The notes under the pieces were generated by a model, which saw only the letters and a program-made list of their open reading frames with translations, did not search any database and was not told the origin of the DNA. A stretch of DNA of 64,000 bases from a virus (lineage: Duplodnaviria; Caudoviricetes), in the IMG/VR virus record IMGVR_UViG_3300035696_000044, positions 39-64,038 of that record; one strand, given 5' to 3'. Each line of letters starts with the position of its first letter. Position 1 is the stretch's first letter. A program made the position numbers and the translations under genes. Positions 1 through 8,752 of the stretch are shown piece after piece.

Positions 1-555
1 GTCGTCCGTCGAGGACACCCCACGTCCGATAACTCGGCGGAATCGTTAACGAAACACAAAATTGACTAACCGGATTTTGTCTAACCGTGAGCTAATAGGC
101 CCGAAATCCTGGACTCATAGACATCAGCGAGGGATTGCTAGACAAAGGCAGGGGTAACATGACGCTTAACTAATCATCGGAAGTTAAGCACGATGCATTA
201 TGCCTAATCATTCCAATGGCTTACGGTCAATGGTCTTTTTGTTGTACCTTGGGGCTTCCCGCATATTTGCTTACCCCCCGGTGGCCCTCCCCCTATATAT
301 ATAGACTGTGCACACGGTCCTGGCCCTCCCCTCCCCGTGAAGAGAAAATTAAGGAACCAAGTGGTAACCTTAATGGTAACCAGGACTAAGGGTGGGTAAT
401 CACTAGGAAATCAGCCGTTCATTGATATATATATGTCTGGTTAAACAGTAATCAGTAATTACTCTCAGTAGGCGGTGTCTACTGTATTCCCCTACCCCCC
501 TCGTACACCCTTACCCGTAGCCGAGCCGGAGGGGGTTGACAAAAAGTTAAGCAAT
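1..555. other. Non-coding control / origin-like region
   Basis: No credible ORF. Dense GGTAAC/TAAC/GTTA motifs, TA-repeat tracts (289-303, 427-434) and inverted repeat GCTTAAC-N12-GTTAAGC (163-188). Confidence 0.45.
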
Positions 556-564
556 GGTTATCGT
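536..564 (+). promoter_or_regulatory. sigma70-like promoter
   Basis: TTGACA-17 nt-TATCGT upstream of the 624 and 821 ORFs. Confidence 0.6.
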
Positions 565-623
565 ACGCTCATGGCGCGGCAGATGGACCGTGGCCGACCC
601 CCGACGTAGAAGGAGGACCGACG

Positions 624-824
624 ATGGCAAAGATCTACAAGTTCCCCGAGCTGCCTACAGGCATGACCCCCGGAGAGCCCGCCCCCGGTGCAGAGGCTTT
701 CCAGCGGGGCTGGGAGGCAGGATGCAGGCATGGGGCCTCGCTGCAGCTGAGATGGATGATCGACAGGATGCAGGCGGCGCTGACGGCGATGGAGGAGACG
801 ACCATAGAGGAGGGCGAACGATGA
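624..824 (+). CDS. Hypothetical protein (66 aa)
   Basis: GGAGG RBS; ATGA overlap with the recombinase start. Confidence 0.6.
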   Translation: MAKIYKFPELPTGMTPGEPAPGAEAFQRGWEAGCRHGASLQLRWMIDRMQAALTAMEETTIEEGER

Positions 825-1429
825 CGATGGTACGAGGACAAAACTTCAACCACCCGGTGGCGGGGAGCAGCGTGTTCGTGGAACCGATCAGGGACCCGGC
901 CAAGATCGCCGAGATAAAGGCCCTGCTTCGGTCCTCGCCGCGTAACCTCGCCCTGTTCACCCTCGGCATCAACACCAACCTGCGGGTGAGCGATATACTG
1001 AACATAAGAGTAGGCCAGGTACGCGGCCTGGCAGAGGGGGCGCACCTGACCCTCACCGAGAAGAAGACGGGGAAGAAGAGGCGGATCACCATGAACTCCG
1101 CCTGCATCGAGGCGCTACGGCCCTGGCTCCGTCAGCTCCCCCTCGCCGAGGATAGACATTTCCTATTCGTCAACCTGATGACTGGTCGCCCGCTGTCGGT
1201 CCCGTCAGTGTGCAACCTGGTGAAGGACTGGTGCCGGGCGGTGGGGCTGGAGGGGAACTATTCCTCCCATACCCTGCGCAAGACCTGGGGCTACCACCAG
1301 TACCATACGTTCGGCGTACAGCTGCCGCATCTGATGTGGTGCTTCAACCATAGCTCCCAGCGCCAGACGCTGGACTACCTGGGCATCCAGCCGGATGATA
1401 TTGACCGTGTGTACAGCAACGTGATATAG
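821..1429 (+). CDS. Short tyrosine recombinase (catalytic domain only, about 202 aa)
   Basis: LRVSD (Arg-I), HTLRKTWGY (HxxR) and HSS...TLDY (His/Tyr). Start refined to ATG 821. Confidence 0.9.
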   Translation: MTMVRGQNFNHPVAGSSVFVEPIRDPAKIAEIKALLRSSPRNLALFTLGINTNLRVSDILNIRVGQVRGLAEGAHLTLTEKKTGKKRRITMNSACIEALRPWLRQLPLAEDRHFLFVNLMTGRPLSVPSVCNLVKDWCRAVGLEGNYSSHTLRKTWGYHQYHTFGVQLPHLMWCFNHSSQRQTLDYLGIQPDDIDRVYSNVI

Positions 1430-1458
1430 ACCACAACAGCGGGCACCTGTTCCTCCCT

Positions 1459-1494
1459 GGCCCCCTTGGTACCAACCTCGGGGGCCTTCTTCTT
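1459..1494 (+). terminator. Putative intrinsic terminator
   Basis: GGCCCCC...GGGGGCC stem followed by TTCTTCTT after the recombinase stop. Confidence 0.5.
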
Positions 1495-1548
1495 GCCCTA
1501 TACCATAGGAATCTCCTATCCTCTCCATAGATTTCCCCTATACCACTA

Positions 1549-1578
1549 TTGACACTGCCATTCCACCATCGGTACTTT
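1549..1578 (+). promoter_or_regulatory. sigma70-like promoter (possible late promoter)
   Basis: TTGACA-18 nt-TACTTT. Confidence 0.4.
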
Positions 1579-1643
1579 GTTGCAAAATGCAACATAGCAC
1601 GGTCAGTATTGTTCCAAAATGAAACATCTCGGGGTCAGTCCGG

Positions 1644-2171
1644 GTGTTCATCCCCCGCCCCGAGTTGGCGGAGCAGTCTAACGGATTGGCGCTAAACCGA
1701 CCACATACCTCATTCCCAACGCCCCCCGACCGGAGAAGGAGGCGGTGCACAGCCAGCAAGGATGCACCGCCTCCCTCTCTGCCTCCCAGCTACGATGAAC
1801 TAGAGGCGATACTACGGGCTTCAACACGCCGTGAGGCCGATTTCAAGCTCAACGTACCATCCGACTACGACCCCTATATCCGCCCCCCTGAAGTCCTCCC
1901 ACCGTACAAACGGAGCCGGGAGGATGCGCTGCTGGCGCTGGAGAAGTACCACGGGCTGTACGCGCCGCCACTGAAGGGCTGGAGACAGATCAGCGAGTTC
2001 TTCGGCATGGCTACGGCTACATTCCGCAGACGGCATGGGAAAGAACTCCAGGCGCTGGGGGTGGTGTTCGACGCACAGCAATCGGACAAAGCGGGGGTCA
2101 GGCAGTGGGCGTGGCCTAGCGAGTTGATACTGTGGACCGCATGGAAGGCGAGGCGGGGAGAGTTGATCTAA
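1644..2171 (+). CDS. Putative HTH DNA-binding protein
   Basis: LKGWRQISEFFGMATATFRRRH resembles a helix-turn-helix. Lies just before the lysis cassette; start uncertain. Confidence 0.45.
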   Translation: MFIPRPELAEQSNGLALNRPHTSFPTPPDRRRRRCTASKDAPPPSLPPSYDELEAILRASTRREADFKLNVPSDYDPYIRPPEVLPPYKRSREDALLALEKYHGLYAPPLKGWRQISEFFGMATATFRRRHGKELQALGVVFDAQQSDKAGVRQWAWPSELILWTAWKARRGELI

Positions 2172-2193
2172 GGAGAGGACGAGGGAGGACACC

Positions 2194-2670
2194 GTGGACT
2201 ACGACCAGTTGAAGAAGGACATCATCGAGGATGAGGGCTATGTGAGGACACCGTACCCGGATACCAAGGGGATACTGACCGGGGGCGTCGGTCACAACCT
2301 CGTTGCCCACCATGCCGACCCCTCGGACATAGCCACATGGAAGGCCAACGGCATCCCCGATGTCGTGATAGATAAATGGTACCAAGACGACGTGTTCGAC
2401 GCCATAGAGGTGGTGAAGGCCATCTTCGGCGACGTGGAGGCATTGCCAGACCCCGTGGCCAGGGCGTTGGTCGACATGGCGTTCGACGTTATGTGGGAGC
2501 TGCGTGACTGGCACCATCTGAAGGCGGCGGTAAGCAGCGCAGACTGGCAAGGGGCGGCGGACTCGATCATGAACAGCCAGTGGGCGCACGAAGGCAAAGG
2601 TGGCTACAACCGATGCCGACGCAACGCCGACCGTATGCTGCAGGCATTGGATTCCCCAGCGGCTGCATAG
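2194..2670 (+). CDS. Endolysin, T4-type lysozyme (GH24)
   Basis: EDEGYVRTPYPDTKGILTGGVGHNL (E-x8-D-x5-T-like triad); C-terminal RCRRNADRM. Confidence 0.9.
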   Translation: MDYDQLKKDIIEDEGYVRTPYPDTKGILTGGVGHNLVAHHADPSDIATWKANGIPDVVIDKWYQDDVFDAIEVVKAIFGDVEALPDPVARALVDMAFDVMWELRDWHHLKAAVSSADWQGAADSIMNSQWAHEGKGGYNRCRRNADRMLQALDSPAAA

Positions 2671-2713
2671 GGCAGCTGCATACATAGGTATTAATTGCAA
2701 GGAGGATGCCAAC

Positions 2714-3136
2714 ATGAAGAAGATGTTAGTGGTAGCGATGGTAGTAGCAGCTGTGGCGTTGTCAGGGTGTACTTGGCTCCATACTGAGGAAGCCAAGATC
2801 GTAACCGAGGTCAAGTCCATCGACTGGAGCGCTGCAGCCACCTACTGGCAGAAGTTTGTCGCCGGGGTGAACGAGTACGCCCCAGTCGCTATGGCGATCT
2901 TCAAAAACGACGACACCACGTTCGGTAAGATCGTAACCGGCGTCAACGATGCCAATGCCGTGGTGAGCGACTTCTCCACCACTGCAGCGTCGTACCAGGC
3001 CGGGACTATCGACGAAGCCACGGTTATTGCCGCAGCCAAGGATGTAGAGACTAAGGTGATGGATGTAGCGGGGTTGATGGCCAAGGCCAAGGCCAAGGCA
3101 GCTACGTCTACGGTAAACCCTACCGTATCAAAGTAG
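2714..3136 (+). CDS. Lipoprotein (possibly spanin-like)
   Basis: MKK + hydrophobic core + lipobox LSG-C, next to the lysozyme. Confidence 0.65.
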   Translation: MKKMLVVAMVVAAVALSGCTWLHTEEAKIVTEVKSIDWSAAATYWQKFVAGVNEYAPVAMAIFKNDDTTFGKIVTGVNDANAVVSDFSTTAASYQAGTIDEATVIAAAKDVETKVMDVAGLMAKAKAKAATSTVNPTVSK

Positions 3137-3141
3137 GGGGT

Positions 3142-3303
3142 GTGGGCGAGACGTACCCGGCGTGGCTCCTGAATGTCGACCCGGTGATCTATGGGACCGA
3201 TAGCAACCTGCCCTTCTGGTTCGGGGTTGACGCCGAGGGGGACAGCCTGGTTGGGGCAGCCAAGCCCAGTTGGTACATCGAACTACCCGTCTACAAGTGG
3301 TGA
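3142..3303 (+). CDS. Small hypothetical protein (53 aa, not in ORF track)
   Basis: Open frame MGETYPAWLL...PVYKW fills the gap between neighbouring genes. Confidence 0.4.
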   Translation: MGETYPAWLLNVDPVIYGTDSNLPFWFGVDAEGDSLVGAAKPSWYIELPVYKW

Positions 3304-3313
3304 GGAGGGCAGT

Positions 3314-3523
3314 ATGGGCATCGAACAAACAATCATCGACTCGGTAATCGTCCCCGTTATCATGCGCACCCTCGATGTCGAGGAGCATGAGGCGCTGAGG
3401 ATTGTCGAGTGTATAGACTTGAGGAAGCTGGGCCAGGTGTTGAAGGAAGACGGGATTACCGAAGTGTACGGTATCAACGTCCAGATGTTCCTCGACGCCG
3501 TGGCCGAAGAAGAGGGGGCGTAG
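3314..3523 (+). CDS. Hypothetical protein
   Basis: GAGGAGG RBS; tight packing. Confidence 0.55.
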   Translation: MGIEQTIIDSVIVPVIMRTLDVEEHEALRIVECIDLRKLGQVLKEDGITEVYGINVQMFLDAVAEEEGA

Positions 3524-3524
3524 G

Positions 3525-3713
3525 ATGGAAACGCGTGTTGCCCTCTGCGGCATCATTCTGATCGTTCTGGTGGCCATCGTTGTGGGCGGTTGGGTGAAGA
3601 TCGACTACACCAACATTGCTCTGACCGGTATAGCTGGCCTCGGCGGCTACCTTGGCAACGAGGTGAAACATGCTCTCACTGATAAGGTCCCTGACAAGCC
3701 GACTATCTCGTAA
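3525..3713 (+). CDS. Putative holin
   Basis: 62 aa, two hydrophobic segments and a charged C-terminus, in the lysis cassette. Confidence 0.55.
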   Translation: METRVALCGIILIVLVAIVVGGWVKIDYTNIALTGIAGLGGYLGNEVKHALTDKVPDKPTIS

Positions 3714-3729
3714 GAAGAAAGGAACCACC

Positions 3730-3897
3730 ATGAAAGTCGCAATCCAACCCGGCGTTACCGAAGTGGAAGTATCCGGCCTTCTTCCCGGCCAGACGGTAAG
3801 CGTTACCGAGACCAACGCAGCAGGGGTTAGTCCGTCAGCTAGTTACACGGCCCCTGCACCCTCGGCACCGCCTGCTGAACCAACAGTCACGGACTAG
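3730..3897 (+). CDS. Small protein resembling the C-terminal half of an FN3 domain
   Basis: VSGLLPGQTVSVTETNAAGVSPSAS resembles the FN3 GLxPG...NxAGxS pattern. Confidence 0.4.
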   Translation: MKVAIQPGVTEVEVSGLLPGQTVSVTETNAAGVSPSASYTAPAPSAPPAEPTVTD

Positions 3898-3906
3898 GAC
3901 AGCCCC

Positions 3907-4062
3907 ATGCCCCCTACCAGCGAGAATCAGAAGCGTTTCATGCAAGCGGTGGCGCACAGTAAGAAGTTCGCCAAGAAGGTGGGGGTGAGCCAGGAGGTGG
4001 GGAAAGAGTTCTCCGGGCCTGTTAGGAAGAAGAAGAGGACTAAACGCAAACGCTCAACCTAA
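3907..4062 (+). CDS. Small basic phage protein (51 aa, not in ORF track)
   Basis: MPPTSENQKRFMQAVAHSKKFAKKVGVSQEVGKEF, a pattern I recognise next to phage terminase genes. Confidence 0.65.
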   Translation: MPPTSENQKRFMQAVAHSKKFAKKVGVSQEVGKEFSGPVRKKKRTKRKRST

Positions 4063-4140
4063 ACGTCGAGTGCCCTGGGAACCCCTGGCTGGTGCCGTCC
4101 TCCCACCTTCCAGCCTGGGGCACTCTCGAAAGTAACCACG

Positions 4141-4506
4141 ATGAAAGACAAAGTCGAGATCAACGACGAAGACATACGCGACTGGGAACAGTTCCGTGGG
4201 GAAACCCCCATGCAACGAGCCCTGGCCAAGTACGACCTCACCCCCGACCTCATAGCCCGGCGCTTGGCCGGGGAGCTGGAGGCTACGTTCCAGAAGGCAC
4301 AGGTGGGGAAGAAGACAGAGATTGGTGTCGATGGCCAGATCCGCTCCGTGGAGCATTGGTCCTACAGCGACCCCATGGTGGACTGGGTCATCCAGCAGAA
4401 TGCCCGACGGGATCTGGTGAAGTTGTGGGGGGCAGCGCCGAAGGAATCCCTCGGTGATGATGCTACACCACTGGTGGTGAAGCTCAAGAGCGGAGAGGAC
4501 GAATAG
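4141..4506 (+). CDS. terS: Probable terminase small subunit
   Basis: Position immediately upstream of TerL, and size. No diagnostic motif. Confidence 0.5.
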   Translation: MKDKVEINDEDIRDWEQFRGETPMQRALAKYDLTPDLIARRLAGELEATFQKAQVGKKTEIGVDGQIRSVEHWSYSDPMVDWVIQQNARRDLVKLWGAAPKESLGDDATPLVVKLKSGEDE

Positions 4507-4536
4507 TTTGGACCAAGCATACACGAAGGAGTTGCC

Positions 4537-5894
4537 ATGCCAACGGTGACGCTACCTTATAACTGGACGCCTCGTCCCTACCAGAGACCTCTATGGAGAT
4601 ACCTGCGTAGTGGCGGTTCCCGTGCGGTCGAGGTTGCTCATCGCCGTTGGGGCTGACTGGTAAAGACGAAGTAGCGTTGCACAATGCAGCGGTGGCGGGG
4701 CACGAGAGGATAGGCAACTACTGGCATATGCTGCCTCAGTATGAGCAATGCCGTAAGGCCATCTGGGACGCGGTCAACCCCCACTCGGGTATCCGCCGCA
4801 TCGACGAAGCCTTCCCGCCTGCCATCCGTCGGAGAACGTACAAACAGCGGATGCTCATAGAGTTCCGGTGTGGGTCCACGTGGCAGTTGGTCGGCAGCGA
4901 CAACTACGACAGCTACTTGGGCAGCCCCCCTGTAGGAGTTACGTTCTCCGAATACGCCCTCGGCGATCCCCTTGCCTGGGCCTATATCCGCCCCATCCTT
5001 GTCGAGAACAAGGGCTGGGCGCTGTTCATCTACACCGCTCGTGGTGACAACCACGGTCGACGCCTGTTCGATATGGCAAAGGAAAGCTCCGACATGGGGG
5101 GCGAGTGGTATGCGGGGTTCTCCACCGCCGCCGACACCAACGTCTTCACCCCCGACCAGCTCGATACCGAACTAAAGGAGCTGTGTGCGGAGTTCGGACC
5201 GGACGAAGGCCAGGCGATATTCAATCAGGAATACTTCAACTCCTTCCGTGGAGCTATGCCTGGGGCGTACTACAGCAAGGTTATGGCCGAGGCACGGCTC
5301 GACGGTAGGGTGTCGTTTGTACCGTATAGACCAGGGTATAAGGTCCATACCTTCTGGGACCTTGGCAGTGACGACTCGACCACGATATGGTTCATGCAGC
5401 AGATAGGGCAGGGGTTCTTCTTCATCGACTACTACGAGAACCGCCACCAGGGGTTGGACCATTACGCCCACAAGCTGTTCACCGATCTGCCTTACATCTA
5501 CGGCGACCACTACATGCCCCACGATGCCATGAACACCAACCTGCAGACCAACAAGACAACCAAGGACTACGCCGAGGATCTGGGGATAAAGCCCATCATT
5601 GTCGTCGACAAGCCCAACGATAGCCAGGATGTGATTGCCGGGATCAATCAGGGCAGGCGCATCTTCGGTCAGTGTTGGTTCGATGACAAGAAGTGCGAGA
5701 CGGGGCTGTCGGCGTTGGCCAACTACCGGTCCCAGTATGATCCAAAGAAACGCAAGCCTGGCAACTACCCGGTTAAGGATTGGTCCAGCCACGGGGCGGA
5801 TAGCTTCCGGGTGTTCGCTACGGGGTATTCACCAAGGGCTAAAGTTGAGACTGTCACCGAGACTATGAACCGCCTCGGAATGAGGCTGGGGTAA
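4537..5894 (+). CDS. terL: Terminase large subunit, frame-broken at the Walker A region
   Basis: N-terminal piece 4537-4656 (PRPYQ...AHRRWG*) continues in the -1 frame (GKD, FSEYAL Walker B, TARG, WDLG, SHGADSFR). Confidence 0.9.
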
Positions 5895-5906
5895 GGGGGC
5901 ATTGCT

Positions 5907-6263
5907 ATGAGGTCAATAGGAACATCACAGTTTGGATGGCCGGTGGGGTCGCTCCCCCAGGCCGACTACATCAACTCCATGACGCTGTCGGCCAACACGG
6001 CGGTTACACAGGCGATACCGGCCAACGCCTCGTTCGTCCTCATCTCGGCATCTCAGAACGTCGACGTGATGGTGTGTCTGGGTGGGGTACCCGGTGGGCT
6101 GGCAGCCAACACGGCAGCCACATCCCCGGCATCCATATCGAACCTTGCCAACGGGACCTGTTTGGGCGAGCTGAACCCGCTGCTGCGCCAGCTGGGCGGG
6201 GCGACCACGATCAGTGTATGCGCCGCCAACACCTGTGAAGTGACCCTGGCGTATTACAACTAG
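5907..6263 (+). CDS. Putative virion structural protein
   Basis: Ala/Asn/Thr-rich beta-type composition, in the packaging module. Confidence 0.55.
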   Translation: MRSIGTSQFGWPVGSLPQADYINSMTLSANTAVTQAIPANASFVLISASQNVDVMVCLGGVPGGLAANTAATSPASISNLANGTCLGELNPLLRQLGGATTISVCAANTCEVTLAYYN

Positions 6264-6273
6264 GGAGGGGGCG

Positions 6274-6579
6274 ATGAGTAGTTATTCCGGAGACTTGACG
6301 TGGGAAGCATGGGCGGGGGCGTTGACCAACGCTGGGAATACCGTCTTGGGTGATATCCAGGCAGCATATGAGTGGTATCAGAAATGGTATGCACTGACGT
6401 ATGGCCTAAGCATGGCACAGATACAGGCGCTGCCGCAGTTTGCAGGCAGGAGTACCGCCGACATCCAGGCGATGCAGTACGGCTGGGGGGTGTTCCTGGA
6501 TCTGTACAACGCCTTGAACAATGTGGGGGCACTACCCCAGGCCAACCGGCAGGGGTATTTGGTTCCGTTTCTGAGCTAG
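6274..6579 (+). CDS. Hypothetical protein
   Basis: RBS and tight packing. Confidence 0.55.
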   Translation: MSSYSGDLTWEAWAGALTNAGNTVLGDIQAAYEWYQKWYALTYGLSMAQIQALPQFAGRSTADIQAMQYGWGVFLDLYNALNNVGALPQANRQGYLVPFLS

Positions 6580-6591
6580 GGGTGGGGTGCT

Positions 6592-6908
6592 ATGAGAGAA
6601 CTCTTCCTTGCACTTTGCGTGGTATTTCTGTTTGCTACGTCCACATTTGCTGCAAACTACTACGCCCCAACGTCAGGTGTTGCGAACTGGCAAACAGCTA
6701 CCTGGGCCACCTCCCGGCCAGTCCCACTACCGGTAGCCTCTTCCAATACATCCAGGCGCTCAAGTGGTCCCTGGTCAACCAAGTCAGCATCACCGACGCC
6801 AACGGCTCGGCGGTATTCCTGAAAGACGACAGCCTGACTCAGGCAGCCAACATCACCAACTGGGTCACCGACAACTCCACCACAACCGTACGCCTCAAGG
6901 TGCTATAG
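6592..6908 (+). pseudogene. Signal-peptide-like protein split by a -1 frame break near 6711-6714
   Basis: N-terminus MRELFLALCVVFLF...ATWATS in one frame; plausible C-terminus PASPTTGSLFQYIQ...RLKVL in the -1 frame. Confidence 0.55.
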
Positions 6909-6910
6909 CC

Positions 6911-7399
6911 ATGACTCTACCCGACTTCCACGAACTATTCGCTCCGTACACAACCCACGGGGCAACGCTCGACGGCACCAGGAAATGGCTGGTGAAGAAG
7001 GCAGGGGAGCTTGGCATCCCGGAGAGCACGGTGGACCAAGTCATCGCCGAGACAATGCTGGAGCTGGCGCAAGGCAAGACTTTCCTCCACCCGTGCCCCT
7101 GCTGCAACCTTACCGACATCCACACCACCATCGAACACTACATGCGGGATCGGATGGTGGAGATGCACAACACAGCGCATAGAACGATGCTGGAGGTGTT
7201 GCAGGAGTACCTGAATCAAGCTATTGCCAACCACGTGGAGAGGATGAAGCCGCCTGAACCCGAGCCGGAGCCTGAGCCTCTACCAGAACCCGAGCCTGAG
7301 CCCGTGCCTCCTCCACCGCCCCCTGCTCCCTACCAGCCGCCCCCCACCCGGTGGGACCGCTTCATGACCTGGCTCTACTGGACGCCGGATGAACTTTAA
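6911..7399 (+). CDS. Hypothetical protein with CPCC motif and (PE)n/Pro tract
   Basis: ATG after the preceding stop; PEPEPE repeat at about 7250-7330. Confidence 0.6.
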   Translation: MTLPDFHELFAPYTTHGATLDGTRKWLVKKAGELGIPESTVDQVIAETMLELAQGKTFLHPCPCCNLTDIHTTIEHYMRDRMVEMHNTAHRTMLEVLQEYLNQAIANHVERMKPPEPEPEPEPLPEPEPEPVPPPPPPAPYQPPPTRWDRFMTWLYWTPDEL

Positions 7400-7583
7400 A
7401 GCCATCGCATCGTGGGGGGTGGCACCGTCGTCGGTCACCACCACACTGGGCCACATCCCCTACGCTGCCTCCTGGGGGCTTCTGGGATCGCTCAACCCAC
7501 CAATCATCATCCTCGGGGGCGAGTGTCTCTACTTCACCAACATCACACGGTACACGCATAGACCGAGACAGAGGGGGATGTAG
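7389..7583 (+). CDS. Hypothetical protein
   Basis: Overlapping, tightly packed ORF. Confidence 0.4.
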   Translation: MNFKAIASWGVAPSSVTTTLGHIPYAASWGLLGSLNPPIIILGGECLYFTNITRYTHRPRQRGM

Positions 7584-7916
7584 ATGAGGATAGCAGCGAT
7601 AGCGGCAGTGATAACGGTCCTGTGGGCGACTCCGGTGTTTGCAGCGCCCTTCCTCGTCTGCGACCCTTATCCTGGGGCTGACTACTTCGTTGTAACCGGC
7701 CTTCCGGCAGCGATCAGTGCATCCAACTGCCCACCCGACCCAACGGGCACGTACGGGACTAAGCTCGACCTAGCCACCCTGGCGGTCGGCTCCTACACGG
7801 TAACCATCCAAGCCTGTTCCAACATCTGGGGGTGTACGCCAGCGTCAAGCCCTTTGGTATTTCCGAGGCCGAATCTTGGACCGTCCCCGACCAATGGACG
7901 GTTGGCCATCAAGTAA
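7584..7916 (+). CDS. Signal-peptide protein with FN3/Ig-like beta domain
   Basis: MRIAAIAAVITVLWATPVFA followed by LATLAVGSYTVTIQACSNIWGC. Confidence 0.55.
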   Translation: MRIAAIAAVITVLWATPVFAAPFLVCDPYPGADYFVVTGLPAAISASNCPPDPTGTYGTKLDLATLAVGSYTVTIQACSNIWGCTPASSPLVFPRPNLGPSPTNGRLAIK

Positions 7917-7932
7917 TCTGGGGAGTCAGGCA

Positions 7933-8169
7933 ATGAGAGAAGCATCGGTATACCCGCCCCCGGCATCAGTACCGGTGGTTGACAAAGACGGTCGCCTCAC
8001 CCAGCCATGGCATACGTTCTTCACAGCACTCATGGACGCTCCCACGGTCCAAGGCATGGTGGCGGGCATGGGGTCTACGTATGGTGCCCACGTATCCACC
8101 CTGACATCAATAGCCGACCCTACCGCCGAGGATATCGAGACCCTCCACTGGATGCAACCGGGGGTATAG
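7933..8169 (+). CDS. Small virion-associated protein
   Basis: PPP..PVVDKDGRLTQPWHTFF pattern, typical of podovirus neck/tail proteins. Confidence 0.5.
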   Translation: MREASVYPPPASVPVVDKDGRLTQPWHTFFTALMDAPTVQGMVAGMGSTYGAHVSTLTSIADPTAEDIETLHWMQPGV

Positions 8170-8182
8170 AGAGGACATCACC

Positions 8183-8518
8183 ATGGCATACACGCCAGCA
8201 AGGCCGATCCCAGGTGTGGCGCTGAGCAACGTCGCCACTACCTACTACACCGTCATAGCCCCGTACAACGCCGTCATCATCAAGGAGATCACCGTGTGCA
8301 ACACCGGGGCCAACGCCGCCAACTTCTGCTTCTACGTCGTCCCGGCCAACGGTACCGCCAACGCCGGTAACGCCGAGTTCAACTCCGTCACCCTCCAGCC
8401 CAACGAGACGAAGATATTCCACCGAACATCCATCGTCCCCGTTGGCTACACCATCCAGGCCAACTGTAGCGCCAACGCCAACATCACCCTGTCGGTCAGC
8501 GGGATGTACCAGAGTTAG
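8183..8518 (+). CDS. Putative structural protein
   Basis: Beta-sandwich-like, Ala-Asn-rich (IKEITVCNT motif). Confidence 0.55.
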   Translation: MAYTPARPIPGVALSNVATTYYTVIAPYNAVIIKEITVCNTGANAANFCFYVVPANGTANAGNAEFNSVTLQPNETKIFHRTSIVPVGYTIQANCSANANITLSVSGMYQS

Positions 8519-8527
8519 GAGAAGGAC

Positions 8528-8752
8528 GTGCCGGTACAAAGCACAGCAGCCACGGTTGTAGAAAACTCCTCGATAAGCTCGGTGGGTGCAACAGGCATCA
8601 TCAACGCCACCTTCCCGGTGGGGGCGGTATACTTGGTGTCGAGTAACACCAACCCCGGCACTCTGCTTGGTGCTGGCTCCTGGTCGGCTAACGGTACGCT
8701 TCTTACAACCGGCACCGCCACCACCCTCTACGTGTTCATAAGGACGGCATAA
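8528..8752 (+). CDS. Small structural protein (baseplate gp10-like motif)
   Basis: FPVGAVYLVSSNTNPGTLLGAGSW resembles YPVGSIY...NP..L.G.GTW. Confidence 0.5.
   Translation: MPVQSTAATVVENSSISSVGATGIINATFPVGAVYLVSSNTNPGTLLGAGSWSANGTLLTTGTATTLYVFIRTA

Noticed and set aside
554-820. Extended N-terminus of the recombinase as given in the ORF track
   Set aside because: It overlaps the promoter and the 624-824 gene; the RBS and ATGA coupling favour ATG 821.
4654-4656. TGA read-through (Sec/Trp) in terL
   Set aside because: The downstream TerL sequence is in another frame, so read-through alone cannot restore it.
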